A stretch of 64,000 nt of DNA from positions 132,308,001 through 132,372,000 of the forward strand of contig OZ024745.1 in assembly GCA_964016885.1 (NCBI GenBank). The letters are read 5' to 3'. Both the position numbers and the translations under genes were made by a program. Positions 26,572-40,250 of this stretch are shown here, one piece after another. The stretch comes from Eledone cirrhosa (Eukaryota). The notes below the pieces were generated by a model, which was not told the DNA's origin, did no database searches, and worked only from the letters and a program-made list of their open reading frames with translations. Every line of letters begins with the position of its first letter. The first letter of the stretch is position 1.

Positions 26572-27661
26572 CTGTGGAAACAGAGAGAAAAAAAAGAAGT
26601 ATGAATTCCAGGAAACAGTGTTTGATTGAATTAAATACAGTGTATGGCTGGTACAAGACATCCATTTGGGAGAGAACATCCGTAGTTTATCACTAATAAA
26701 ATCAAATAATTTTGTCTACTGGTCTGAAAAGTAAATACTGTGCAAGAGAACAATTCCCTGCTGTAAGCCGTGCCAAAAATTTAAAAATGACAAATTTGTT
26801 GGCTTGTAGTCCTCCGTAAATTTCTGCACACTAGCATCTGCTTTAGTAGATTACTACTGCTTTAGTAGATTACTATCTACAACATGGAACATATGTACAG
26901 TCAGAAGTAACCTGATCCAAGTTATTACAACGCCACGTCTAAGTGACCCTTATATAGTGACCTGTGTGGAAATATGTTGTGAGTAGCGCGGGAAACTGGA
27001 AAACAAACTTACCGTAAGTATCATTAACCTACATTTCTTCGCTTAGATCCTCTTAAACACTCTACACCTCGATAACATTTACTTCAATTCTATTATTACA
27101 AATCTCCTATGGATTCCATACAGATGTAATTGATACATATGTTATCAACATCGGGCCGAGTTCACCTCAGCACTGTCAACACCGTCGCACTTAATAAGAA
27201 ATCATCAAAGAATGCTGCGACAGTTTCTAATTAAGAAAGAAATTTATAAGTATTCTTTGAAATATTCTTTGAAATCCTTAAACAACCTCCAATGTATCAA
27301 ATTCTTTGTTCATATAATGCTTTCTCTTGTATCATTTTTCAATACACGCACACTCGTATGCATATATACACACATACATACATATACACAGACACACCGG
27401 TACACGCACAGGCGGAGCCGCTGGATAGTCGCATGACATTTGGTTATATTGCTGATGGCCGTTTCATTCCCTCGAGATGAAATAAGTGCCCCAGTAGGTG
27501 GCGTTAGTGTATGATCAGGGTAAATGAACACATTTGTTGTTGTTTATAGTTTTGCTTAGTTCTTTGAGGACACTTTGTTAATAGCTTAACATTTTGCTAA
27601 CTTGTTCTGATTATCATTTCCTTTCAAGTAAATGATGACAGGCATCAAGCTAATTCAGCAA

Positions 27662-28190
27662 ATGAAAAGACATGCTGTTATTGTTGTCTTGAAGGTAGAG
27701 CATAGAGATTTAGGTATTTCTCGCTTCCTAAGAGTTGCACAGTAGTTTGCTGTCAAAGTTCGCAAAGAGCTGAATGATGCTGTCACGGATTCTACAACAG
27801 TAACTAAACGTAAAACGCATACCAAGGGTCATAATATCAGCTGAACACACAAAATTTACGGAAAGAGTAAAAAGTTATCGATTCGAACTACGAAAGTCAA
27901 AGATTCAAGGCACACTATCGGGAGAATTGTACATGAGAACCTTCGATACAAGTTATAAAATACGGAAAGGTCAATTCATATCTGAAAAGACAAAGAATAA
28001 CAGAGTAGTGCTTGTTGAGCCTGGAAGGCTTTGATCTTTCTCTGATGAGAAAAGCTTTGATCAGGACCAAAACGAATGACAGATAGTTATGCAGAAACTA
28101 TAAAGAGGTTTCAACGGCCATGCACGCAAGGTTTCCGGCGACTGCGTGCTTCTGGGAGTCGTGAGCAACGAGGGAGATGTCACGTGCTCA
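27662..28190 (+). pseudogene. IS630-Tc1-mariner superfamily transposase relic, maT/DD37D-like
   Basis: Manual translation across frameshifts: MKRHAVIVVLK...TIGRIVHENLRYK..KIRKGQFISEKTK...FSDEKSFDQDQ..NDR*LC...MHARFPAT..VLGVVSNEGDV. Confidence 0.75.
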
Positions 28191-28345
28191 TTATAAAGAT
28201 GTGTTAGATTAGGTTGTTACCTTGGATAGTGAGTGTTTGCAAAAGAAGAAGTCTCTGCGCCATTTCATAAGGCCACGTCGACTCAATAAGGGAGGAGTTA
28301 CAATCTTTTGGACTAAGTATGGCGCGTAGTGGAAAGTAAATTCAA

Positions 28346-28730
28346 TCAACACATCCCTATAACACAACCAGCACAATGCCCAATATAGATTAAGGCATGT
28401 AAACGTTTCAGACACCATATTGTTCGGTTAAAAGGCTCAGAAATTATCCGAATGCATATATATATAGCTATCCTGTAAGCTCTCAAACTGTTCGAGGATT
28501 TATCTTCACCAGAAGCCTTCAGTTCACCGTCGCCAATGGCTAAGGAACTTCTGTCATCTTCCTTATCTTCAAAAGTGCTTTCACCACGACGAAACGTTTG
28601 CATCGATCGTTGCACCATGCATTCTCTAACGCTGAAACTTCATAGATATTTGTATTGGACTGCAGCCGAGTTTAAACTCATAGAAATATATTTAACGAAA
28701 ATCATGCTTTAATAGCTTAATTTCAAATAT
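28346..28730 (-). pseudogene. Mariner transposase N-terminal relic
   Basis: VQRSMQTFRRGESTFEDKEDDRSSLAIGDGELKA resembles mariner VQRWF.KFR.GD.SLED.E..GRP..ID...LKA. Confidence 0.65.
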
Positions 28731-29466
28731 CGGTAAATTGCCAAAAATGCAATTTATAGTAGACATTAATTACGCAGAGGGAAAACGCATAAAATAAGAT
28801 TAAATCCATATATAATTATACACAACTTATATGTGCTTTTGTTCTTGAAAATGTTGAAGAAAGTAGAAATAAAACCTGCATCAATTTCTGAATAAATTGA
28901 TATTACTTTTAAAGGTTTATAATAAAATAATTAGATAATAAGCTATTCGGGAGATTGGAAGAAAAGCTGAAATGTTGATAACAGTTTTAATACAATTCAC
29001 AAGAGATTTCGGACAGGAGTCGTGTAATCCTCTACTAGTTTATGAATTACAAAACCTAACAACATTTATTATAGATTCTCTTATGTATTGTATACGATCA
29101 ATTCATATTTCACTTCTTTTTCTTTTTCTCTTATCTTGGTTTGGCAATATTAGTCCCAAACATATTCAGCTACTAGAGTCCTTAAGCATTTCATGGTTGT
29201 ATATCTTTCCGGGTAACTAATGTTTATTAGTAGCTGAATATTCGGTCAAAAGGATTTAGATTTCTGATATTTGTCCTTTAGTTCAAATTCTAGACTGCAC
29301 CTAAAATGAAACTTAATTTATTCAAACAATTTTATGTCCATAACTTCCAAATTTCAGGGAAGTATATTGACTTTTTGTACAATGTTGAGAATAAATTTTA
29401 TTGATTCTTAGTGAATATTCTGAAAATATATGACCTTCAAATATGCATTTAACCGCGTCAGTTTAA

Positions 29467-29577
29467 TTGACCCTCTGATGCTTGTGAAGAGCATAAGCGG
29501 AGCTCTTTCCTCTAGATTTATTGACCCCCTGATGCTTGTGAAGAGCATAAGCGCAGCTCTTTCCTCTAGATTTATTA
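29467..29577. repeat. Tandem duplication of about 53 bp
   Basis: TTGACCC(T/C)CTGATGCTTGTGAAGAGCATAAGCG(G/C)AGCTCTTTCCTCTAGATTTA occurs twice. Confidence 0.9.
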
Positions 29578-29791
29578 AAAAAATTGACTAACTACGTTTG
29601 TAAATTGACTATCGAATTAATCCATGATTTCCTATCTAAAGTGTATGGAATACGATTTTTTATTTGATGCGTTCCTTGATTTAATGTATTCTCGTAAATC
29701 ACACGTACATGTAATAAGGTGAAGCATAACGCAAAGCTATGTTGCAAGCATGGCGTAAGTGTCGGCCACAGCCTTCTATTTGAATAAATAG

Positions 29792-29904
<113 letters not shown>

Positions 29905-30669
29905 GAGAGATTGAGTGACATAGAGACAGAATGTTTGAAAGAAAAGGAAAGCGTGATTGAGAGAGTAAGAGGGTGAGAATGGTATTAATTCTAATCTGCA
30001 TTTGAATTAAAGAGTGTGGGTCAATATTGTGGCCTGCAAGAATTCCGAACTATCTTGGCATTTAGGATTAAAAGACTGGGGGAAAGCTGTCAGTTTTGAT
30101 ACAGTGGGTTTGTGAATGTGATTCCACTTTAAATTTCTTGTTATTGTGGAGAAAGAAAGAATGAAAGTAGAGAAGTTATCAGTTCAAAACAAATTTCAGT
30201 GTCATTGTCGTTGTAATACCATAATGGAATATCGGCGGTAGTGAACAAACTAAGACAAGCGCTTCAGCCTATTCTTACATTGCTGTTATGAGAGAAAGAT
30301 TTATCTAGATTTCACTTTATATTTCATCCTTCCTTGTTTGATAATTTGAATACCTGTAAGGTGCTAAATCATACAAACAGGTTGTATCATATCCTGTCAA
30401 AGGAATTTAACTGTCTCTCACCTGAATAGCAATTTCGTTTTTATAAAGCTTGTGTGTGGGAATGTATGTGTGTGTGTTTGTGTGAGTGGCTCTGTGTGAG
30501 TGTCAGTGTGTGTATGTGAGTGTCTGTGTGTGTATGTGAGTGTCTGTGTGTGTGTGTTTGTGTGTGTCTGTGTGCGCGTGTGTGTGTGTCTGTATGTGTG
30601 TGTTTGTGTGTTAATTTGTTCATAACTGTCAGAGTAATTCCTCACTATTTAAGAGTTAGTCCCTCTTTA

Positions 30670-30995
30670 AGAGTGATCCCGGTAAACAGAATGGAGAAGG
30701 CGTTGTCCCGAAGGATGGCATGGGATATACCCAGAGACAGCTACTTCAAAACATGGGGCTTGCTCTTGTGGGTAGCAAACTCCGCCCCGATGGCAGTGAG
30801 TAGTGATCTAGTCCGGAGATCGATAACGCCGAAAGTCTCCTGTGCCGTTGTCTCTATCAAAAACCTATCAGAGAGTGGCCGATATTTCGACAGTTTGCTC
30901 TCCTTAGCTTGACGAGCAGTGAATCCTGGGATAGTATCCGAATGCTCCAGCTGGCCGCTATAGAAAGTGGCACAATGGTATTGCAATGAGTAAAG
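30670..30995 (-). pseudogene. CRE-clade non-LTR retrotransposon, RLE C-terminal fragment
   Basis: PGFTARQAKESKLSKYRPLSDRFLIETTAQETFGV...LLTAIG...*LSLGISHAILRDNAFSILFTG matches the CRE C-terminal pattern AA..AE..K..KY..L...F.P.A.ET.G...IS.AI.RGNA.SIL. Confidence 0.75.
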
Positions 30996-31151
30996 AAAAC
31001 GACGTAAGAACCAGTAATGTACTGGGTTGATATACTTGACTTTCCCCTTCCCATAAATTGCTGGTCTTGTGCCTAATTTAGAAAACATTAAACATTATCA
31101 TGATCATTAAACGTTAATCCTCCTCATCAATGCGATGTTGAGAGTGAGACT

Positions 31152-31153
31152 AT

Positions 31154-31230
<77 letters not shown>

Positions 31231-31354
31231 ACATCACCATCATCATCACCATCATCACCAACATCATCCTCATCATGATCATGATCATCATCATCATCAT
31301 CATCATCATCCCCATCATCATCATCACCACCATCATCATCATCATCATCACCAC

Positions 31355-31389
<35 letters not shown>

Positions 31390-31399
31390 ACATCATCAT
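31152..31399. repeat. (ATC)n microsatellite
   Basis: Direct. Confidence 0.95.
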
Positions 31400-31959
31400 G
31401 TCTATTAAATTCAGATGTTCTGAATGTCTTATACAAAATATTCTTGATAAATTGAAATTTTACTGGTAAAAAAAACAAAATACAAAAACCCCACAAAAAA
31501 TACAAAAAATATAACAGTTAGTGATTCTCAAAAAATGGAGATGATTTCAAGAAATTAAGAATGAAATTGACATAAAATTTGATTTTTAAGCTTAGTAAAA
31601 AAACAAAGTGAGGCAAGTTGACAGCTAAAGATTTGTTGAGATATTTTTAGACCTTATTAACATACCATTGTCTACTTCAGTCTGCTTTGAACAGTTGACA
31701 GAAATTTTAACAACTAGAAAAAGAGTTACGAATAATTTTGGCCAGAATAATTTGAATAATTATAAGCAGTGAGCTAAGAGAAATAACCTTTCTAGCCTAT
31801 GACATCAATGTATAAATTTCAAAGTCATTGGCAACAGCAATAGCAACAACTTTGGGAAATAATACCTAATGGAATCTCTGGAGGAATATAAGAGGAGAAA
31901 CCAACAATGACAACAGTAACAGTATTTCTAACAAATAAACCACACAGATACTAGCTTTC

Positions 31960-32520
31960 AATAACTTGGAGTCTTTGGAGTAACGTTACATGATAGAGTA
32001 TGTAACTCAGGGATCAGAGAATCGCTCCACTTAGAGCCACTACTCTGAATTGAGAGCTCACGGCTCCGATACTATGGGCATGTGGTTAGAATGTCCCAGG
32101 AAAGAATCGCAGGACAGATGTTACAGATAAAACCGACAGGAGACTCAGAGGTAAACCTCTGAACAAGATGGTTGGATAACATCCATGAGCTTGGCTGGTC
32201 TCGCTTGGAGATCCAGCTGGATCAGTTGGAGACTGTTGCTTCTGACAGGACCCACAGCGCAGTCAGAAATAAGAGGAAGAAATAAGTGGATGATGAAGAA
32301 GAAGAAGAAAAAAGAAAAAGAAGAAAGAAGAAGAAGAAGAAGAAGAAGAAGAAGAAGAAGAAGAAAAAAGAAGAAAGAAAAAAGGAAAAAGAAAAAAAAA
32401 GAAAAAAGAAAAAAGAAAAAAAGAAAAAAGAAAAAAGAAAAAAGAAAAAAGAAAAAAGAAAAAAGAAAAAAGAAAAAAGAAAAAAGAAGAAGAAATAAGA
32501 AAAAGAAGAAGAAGAAGAAG
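31960..32520 (+). mobile_element. RTE-clade LINE 3' fragment with (GAA)n / A-rich tail
   Basis: Degenerate GRR.RGKP.TRWLDNIHELGWSRLEIQ C-terminus. Homologous to the copies at 36860, 38119 and 60625. Confidence 0.75.
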
Positions 32521-32544
32521 TTGGGTGTTAGTGATTATACATGT

Positions 32545-32844
32545 GGGAAGGCGCGTGGTGAAGGCTTTGTGATTAAGGTATTCGACTCACAATCGTAAGG
32601 TCGAGAGTTCAATTCCCAGAGGCAGGTTCTTGAGCTATTTCCCGTTGTTACAGTCCACTCAGCTGGCAAATATGAGTTGTACCTGTAACTCGAACAGCCA
32701 GCCTTGTCGTATTCTGTGTCACACTGAATCTCCCTGAGAACTACTTTAAAGAAGAGAACACCTATCTGTGGAATGCTCAGCCAGCTGTATGTTAATCTCA
32801 TGAGCAGGCTGTTCCGTTTAATTACTTGTCGTAACCAACGGAGA

Positions 32845-32845
<1 letters not shown>
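32545..32845 (+). mobile_element. tRNA-derived SINE family B, near-complete
   Basis: GAAGGCGCGTGG head, GAGTTCAATTCC B-box, TCTTGAGC central motif; body shared with 10695-10905. Confidence 0.8.
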
Positions 32846-33455
<610 letters not shown>

Positions 33456-33565
33456 TTGTTATTGAGAAATCTGTCCATGGCCTTCACAGTCTTCAGGGTG
33501 GTCGTCAGTTAAACTGCTACTTTGATCCATCAGCCGTTGCCATGGTCAAGTTGGCCATAGAGGAT

Positions 33566-33706
33566 CTGAGTGGACTGTAACAACGGGAAATAGCTCAAGA
33601 ACCTGCCTCTGGGAATTGAACTCTCGACCTTACGATTGTGAGTCGAATACCTTAATCACAAAGCCTTCACCACGCGCCTTCACACATGTATAATCACTAA
33701 CACCCA
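33566..33706 (-). repeat. Inverted duplicate of 32522-32662 (140/141 identical)
   Basis: Manual reverse-complement comparison. Includes about 23 bp of flank upstream of the SINE head. Confidence 0.95.
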
Positions 33707-33826
33707 GTGTTTAATATTTTAGCCGCCTATGCGCAATTCATCTTTGGTATATGTAATGAACATTTGCATAAATATTGATATACAGCAATTATAATTATAA
33801 ATTGCTTTTCATAATCACAAACAATA

Positions 33827-33930
33827 GAGGTTGACTTTGCCTTTCATCCTTACGGGGTCGATAAAATAAAGTACCAGTAATGAACTGTGTAATTGCTGGC
33901 CTTGTGCCTAAAGTAGACACAAATATTTAT
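33827..33930 (+). mobile_element. SINE family A, 3' half
   Basis: Family core and 3' end. Confidence 0.8.
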
Positions 33931-36470
33931 TAGCCTCCTCCGCCTGTTAACGACACAGTGATGGGTGTGTCTTCTAAATAATTACATTTGTATTAATATG
34001 CCTTAATATATTAGTATCAGCATTTGCATGGTTTATTATTTTATCGACAAGGGCAGGATGAAAGCAAGGTTAACATTGAAATGAAAAATTGGTTGGAAGA
34101 TTGTACAAGGAATGAATTGCCTGCTGTTTTAATATTCTCGAATGATACGCAATCGTCACACCGATCGCAATGCCTCGGGCAAAATGCCTTGCGATATCTG
34201 TTCCAGCTTTTGAAATACTGCCGAGGTCAAATTGGTTCGTTTGAAATGACCAGAAGTACTTTCTCACTTATAAAGAGTGTTAGGATTTCGAAAGATCCGT
34301 TTTCTTCAATGGTGTCATCTGTATAAAACCCATGCGAAATCAAAGAGTTGTGAATATTAACTTCATCGAGTAGAATCATTTCGGAGAAGATTGCAATAAG
34401 ATGCATGTATTTCATAGAAGAATATAGAAGGAGAAAAAAGAATTCGAAAAGCTGTAGATGCAGACGTATTTAGTTGAATGAGAGAGAAGCATTGGAACAG
34501 AGTAATTGAATGATTTTACTGTCGATATCCAGTTTGGAGACGTAAGAAGGGAGAGAATAACAGATTTCAGCTTGTTTAATAATGTTTGAGCAAAGGGGAA
34601 AACTAAGTAGAGGTGAATTATAGAAAGGGCTTGAGAAATTTGAGTCTCAGAATAATAGGTTGTGTGTTTGGCGTATTTGGAATTGATGATATGTGGTCTT
34701 TAAATTGTTTTGGAGTTCAAGAAGGCTAGAAAAGGGGAAACAGGATTGTCTAGAGGGCTTAGATGCAATGTTTAACACCATGGGAAGTCTAGAGGATAGA
34801 AGTAACCATCTGCCAAGAACTTCTACCAAAGTGCTCATGAAGAGGTGGTGCTAAACCGGTTGGAGCAATCTGCCTAAATTCGTCCAAAGGGTACTGGACT
34901 CTGCATAAAAGGTAAATAAATGTTAACTGGAAGAGAAAAACATCTCACAGTCCAGCTAATTCCGGCTTCCACACATCTATGTTAATCTGAATATATATGG
35001 GATCTCTACAATGTATCAGTAGCAATCATAGACCCTTATTATAGAAATTTCTATCTGATCTGGTTTCGAATTACTGTCATGATGTATGCATACATACATC
35101 TTTCGCATGTCGAAGAAAAAGGAAATACATTGATTTCAATACCATTTTGTTCTTGAATTCGGAGTTTTACATTCCGAGTTTTTAACTAAAAATATGCACC
35201 AGCTTCCTATAAAACAAACAATAATCTTTATAAAACACGAGAACAACAACTTGGGGAATGTTTCAACTTTTTCAGTATGCTTCATATTTTATTTTTACAC
35301 TTATATGTCATCTTACTGTGAAATATGCTTAACGTCAGACCTGGAAATAGAAAGCAACTAGGAACTAGTCTATACTTATCTACTGATGAAGACGTAGCAA
35401 ATTAGAAATTAACTACTTATGGGCGTCGAAAAATGAGAAAAATGAAAATAAAAAGAAAGAAATGAAGAATATAGAAGGAAAATCTAAGATAGGAATATTG
35501 GTAGAGTGTAATTCTGGAACATTCTGATGCGCTTGAAAATTTGATGCAAGGCAGAGAAAGAAAAGTGAAGAAAACAAAACTGTTGTCTTCCCATATTTCC
35601 TTGTTCAGATTTGCGGCAGTTACGTTCTTATAATGAGACATCCCAATATAGCTTCCTCCACGTTCAACGAAAAGAGGTTAAAAATATCAATACTCTCATA
35701 TGTATGTGGGAGAAATGCACCCTCACTGGTGGACGTATACAGACAGGCACGCAAACATACACATACACAATCAAACATAAACACACACATTCACACAGAT
35801 ACACCCACACATACATACACACACCCATTTACATACACACACTCATACATACACACACAGACATACACACACTTAAACTTAAACGCACTCACACATACAC
35901 ACATACACACAAACACATACACATACACATGCTCACGCATAGACACTCACACATACACACTCACACATACACAGAAACAGATACACACAAACACATATGT
36001 ATATCTACTCAAGCTTGCATGTAGATTCAATTTGATTTTAGGTTTTCTTATCCAGAAGTCAAAAAGAAGAAGAAAAGGAAAAGGTAGAATAGTATTTTTG
36101 CATCAACTCTGGCACTTCTTCCAAATTAACAGCAGATATTCTGGTCTTTGTTGGCAGTATTCCCGCTTTGCTAAATAAATGAAAACATCAGCCTTTCATA
36201 AAGAAAAGAATCAGAGATGTTTGCAATATTTTCTTCTGTCATTTTTCTGCAATTTTATCAATATATGTATGGAAATGCAAGAATAGATAATATAAGATTT
36301 GTTTTCTATACCAACCACCGATGTATGTATACATGTGTGTATGTATGTTTGAATGGATGTATGTTTGAATGTATGTATGTATATGTATGTATGTATATAT
36401 ATGTATGTATATATCTATATCTATGCCAAGCATATATATGTATGTGTGTATGTATCTATGTATATATATG

Positions 36471-36530
<60 letters not shown>

Positions 36531-36859
36531 AGTGATTGCATATGTGCTTGCTTATGTTTGTGTGTGTGGATGTATGTAGTTACAGGTGAAGTGTTTTTTC
36601 GTTCAGTTTTGTATCCGATCTTTATAATGTATCCCAAATTTTGATAGTCTTACCTACTTGACCACTGACGTATCTGCAATAAATATTAACATTTTAGGTT
36701 AATTATATATATCTTTCAGTAAAGATACCAAAATTGAGTTCGTATCAGATCAATATTGCTGCCTTTGCTGAAAGATATAAATATTTTTAAAATGGTTCAT
36801 TTTCGAAAGATAAAGCTGATGGCAGAGAGACAACAACATCTTATTAACAATAACCCATT

Positions 36860-37060
36860 CAAAACCAACCGACAGAAGACCCAGAGGTAGACCCCCAGCA
36901 AGAAGTTTGGATAACATCCGCGATCTTGGCTGATCTCGCTTAGGGACCCAGCCGGATAAGTTGGAAATGGTTGCTTCAGGGATGACCAGCTGGAAGGAGT
37001 GTTTTGAGGACTCTGTCTTCACGTTCCCGAAGAAGAAGAAGAAGAAGAAGAAGAAGAAGA
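36860..37060 (+). mobile_element. RTE-clade 3' fragment with (GAA)n tail
   Basis: KPTDRRPRGRPPARSLDNIRDLG*SRLG... followed by a GAA run. Confidence 0.75.
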
Positions 37061-38010
37061 ATAAATCAAATTGAACTGACAAATAACACTGGTATAACTC
37101 CTAATTTTCGATGTCTTTTTGACTCGGTAATCACTTGGGTTCATCACCCTCTTCCCATTACGTTTGTGTTTTGCTGTGTTATTGTAACAAACAGTCTTGT
37201 TCGCTGTATTCACGTGCTTCGTTATATGTTCTTCTTTTATGCCACCGTTGGAACACTTGCAACTATCTAAGTGACAGTAGTATTTGCTCCTAGTAATTAT
37301 CTTGGCAATTGGTTTTGAAGTTGGCCTTCTAATTTTATTATTTCTTTCATATAGAATGCAGAAATACTTCCAATCTTCCATTATGCTGTGCTTGAAACAT
37401 TGTAGTTTCTTTCCAACTACACTGCTCTCATAGATCGTCTTTACTATATTGGAAATGTGTTTGTGAACTTCTTCCAATTTTATATTCATACCTAGACATT
37501 TTTCCATTTTTCCTGAAGCGTATAATATCGTTATATTAGCAAAACATAGAACTAAATTACTACACACACCATAAGCTGAGGCTGCAACACCTGCAGTTGT
37601 CTTCGGAGGGTGAGAAGAAGTTATCGCCGTTTGAGAGAAACGTTTTCCGGAGATCATCTCTTTGGGGAAGCTGCAGTACTGGGTTAGACGAAAACCAGGA
37701 TTGGGTTCCTACTATCTTGAATTTTGCCAAGTGCTCACATTTCTCAACAGATCAACTAGCAGGGCCGTTTGTTCACCAAACCATGGTCTCTGTAGTGTTA
37801 GAGACGAGCAAAAGTGACTAGGTCTTCGGAGAGATTCTTGGCGTCGATGAAGATTAAGTAAACAGATTTTTCTTGAACATTTCACCCCAAGAGCTATGAC
37901 GATTTATCGATAGCATTGTTATCTGCCTTCGTTACCGATTCAAGATAAACTGCACAATAGGGGTCAATAAAATACAGTATCAGTTAAATAATGTTAATTG
38001 ATTTAATCGA

Positions 38011-38300
38011 TTCTTCTTCTTCTTCTTCTTCTTCTTCTTCTTCTTCTTCTTCTTCTTCTTCTTCTTCTTCTTCTTCTTCTTCTTCTTCTTCTTCTTCTTC
38101 TTCTTCTTCTTCTTCTTCTCCCACTTATTCCTGAGAGGGACGTGGAGACAGAGTCCTCAAACACCTCCCCCAGCTGGTCATGTCAGCAGCAACCGTTTCC
38201 AACTTATCCGGCTGATCTCGCTTAGAGATCAACCGAGCTCATGAATGTTACCCAGCCATCTTGCTCGGTGTTTACCCCTGGGTCTCCTGCCGGTTCGTTT
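38011..38300 (-). mobile_element. RTE-clade 3' fragment with (GAA)n tail
   Basis: Reverse-complement homology to the 36860 and 60625 copies; (TTC)n at 38011-38119. Confidence 0.75.
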
Positions 38301-38486
38301 TGAATGCGGGGTTTACTGTTTTACCTATCAACCTTTCAGATGTCACTTGTTAAAAAAACGAGAGGACGGAATAATAACTGCAAAAGAGAAAAAAGCTATC
38401 AAAATCTGATACGATCAGAATTGGCTGCTCCAAGTATCTGCTTGATACTCAGGTCATTGCATATAAAGCGAAATGAAAGGAAACAA

Positions 38487-38519
<33 letters not shown>

Positions 38520-38625
38520 CACCACCACCACCGCCACCACCACCGCCGCCACCACCGCCACCACCACCACCACCACCACCACCACCACCACCACCACCAC
38601 CACCACCACCACTACTACTACTACT
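38487..38625. repeat. (ACT)n/(ACC)n trinucleotide tract
   Basis: Direct. Confidence 0.95.
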
Positions 38626-39025
38626 TATAATTGTTTCTACTTTTGGCACAAGGCCAGCAATCACCCAGTACATTACTGGTACTTTATTTTATCGACCCCG
38701 TAAGGATGAAAGGCAAAGTTAACCTTGGCGGGATTTGAACTCAGAATGGCAAGGGTCTATGAGTCAAAGCATGGCGTTCGACCCTCTACCGATACTGCCA
38801 ATCCACTTCCCTACTACTTATAATAATAATAATAATAATAATAATAATTGTTTCTACTTTAGGCACAAGGCCAGCAATTATCCAGTGCATTACTGGTACT
38901 TTATTTTATCGACCCCGTAAGGATGAAACATAAAGTTAACCTCGACGGGATTTGAACTCAGACCGTAAAGGGACGTAACTATGCTGCATATCATGGTGTC
39001 TGTCTCTTTACCGATACTGCCAATC
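38626..39025 (-). mobile_element. Two tandem SINE family A copies separated by (AAT)n
   Basis: Two full reverse-complement copies at about 38626-38808 and 38821-39025. Confidence 0.88.
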
Positions 39026-40149
39026 TAATCCACCAGTGACATTTTCTGCTACACCTCACCCACATGAGAGACATTAAGCCGACGAGAAATGAAAACAAAT
39101 ATGATGGAAAATATAGAAAAAATTATTAGAAAGAATTAAAAGTAAGTTGAAAATATATTTACTATAAAAATATGTAAGATACTCTAAAAGGGTGAGTCAT
39201 ATAATGTGAATTAATGCAATAAACGTAAGCCGAAATTATGGTAAACAGGAAAGCTAAACATGGAACTGTTACCATAATGAACCAGCAAGGTAGCTGTAAC
39301 TTGTTTCATCAATTTGCTAGAAATATTGACCAAATAATCTAAAAATCATACTATTTTGACTTGGTAAAAATGGAAGATTACAATGGATGACACAGTCTCA
39401 GATGCGGAAACAAAAATGGGGTTTTCATGATTGTAATGCCTTTTCTGATAAGTCTGATCGACATGTCTAGTACTGAGCTAAAGAGCAAAAGCTAGTATCC
39501 CAGCTTTCGTGAAATTTATTGGCGGTCAAGATTTCTTCACTCACCTACGCTTTCCACTTCAAGTAATATTAGAAGACTTTCGTTTGAAAGGAAATTTCCT
39601 GACCCCTAACTCTTTCGGCCTTCTTCTACTGAACGTTAACTCATTTCCTAGATAATATAATTAAAGAATCATATGCCGAGCTTATTTTATTTCAATCAGG
39701 TTCCTCTCTCTAAATATCGATTTTTGTCCTTCAACCATTGAAATATTTCAGTGTTTCGTGAAATACTGTTCCGATCAAAATCCCTTTTTTCCTCTCTATT
39801 CTTTTCTTTCATTCATGGTATGACGAATCCGTTAGTAGTACACGAACAAATCATGTGGAATAATGGTTAGAAAACAAGACTAAACATTATAGCAGAATTA
39901 AACAAAAAGAAAGAATTTACTTTAATATTTCTTTCGTAAGACCTGTTGTAGTATATATATGGAATAACACCCACCACACTCACACATGCGATGCTATATT
40001 GTTGTTCATGAAGGTGTGATCTGCGTATAACTGCGTGTATATACATGCATATACACACTCATATATGTACATTTATAAATATACGTATGCATATATGTAT
40101 ATACATACACACACACATACACACGCACACACACACATATGGATATATA

Positions 40150-40181
<32 letters not shown>

Positions 40182-40191
40182 ATACATATAC

Positions 40192-40250
<59 letters not shown>

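Noticed and set aside
27007-27019. Palindrome ACTTAC-C-GTAAGT giving splice donors on both strands
   Set aside because: Only 13 bp, with no supported exon on either side; probably chance.
31107-31505. Poly-Asp / poly-Met ORFs (also poly-Gly/His at 38.5 kb, poly-Lys at 32.3 kb, poly-Glu at 61 kb)
   Set aside because: Trinucleotide microsatellites or retroelement tails.
34060-34420. Possible IS630/Tc1-like transposase C-terminal relic on the minus strand (ILLDEVNIH, SWNRYRKAFCPR)
   Set aside because: The similarity is too weak to support without a profile search.
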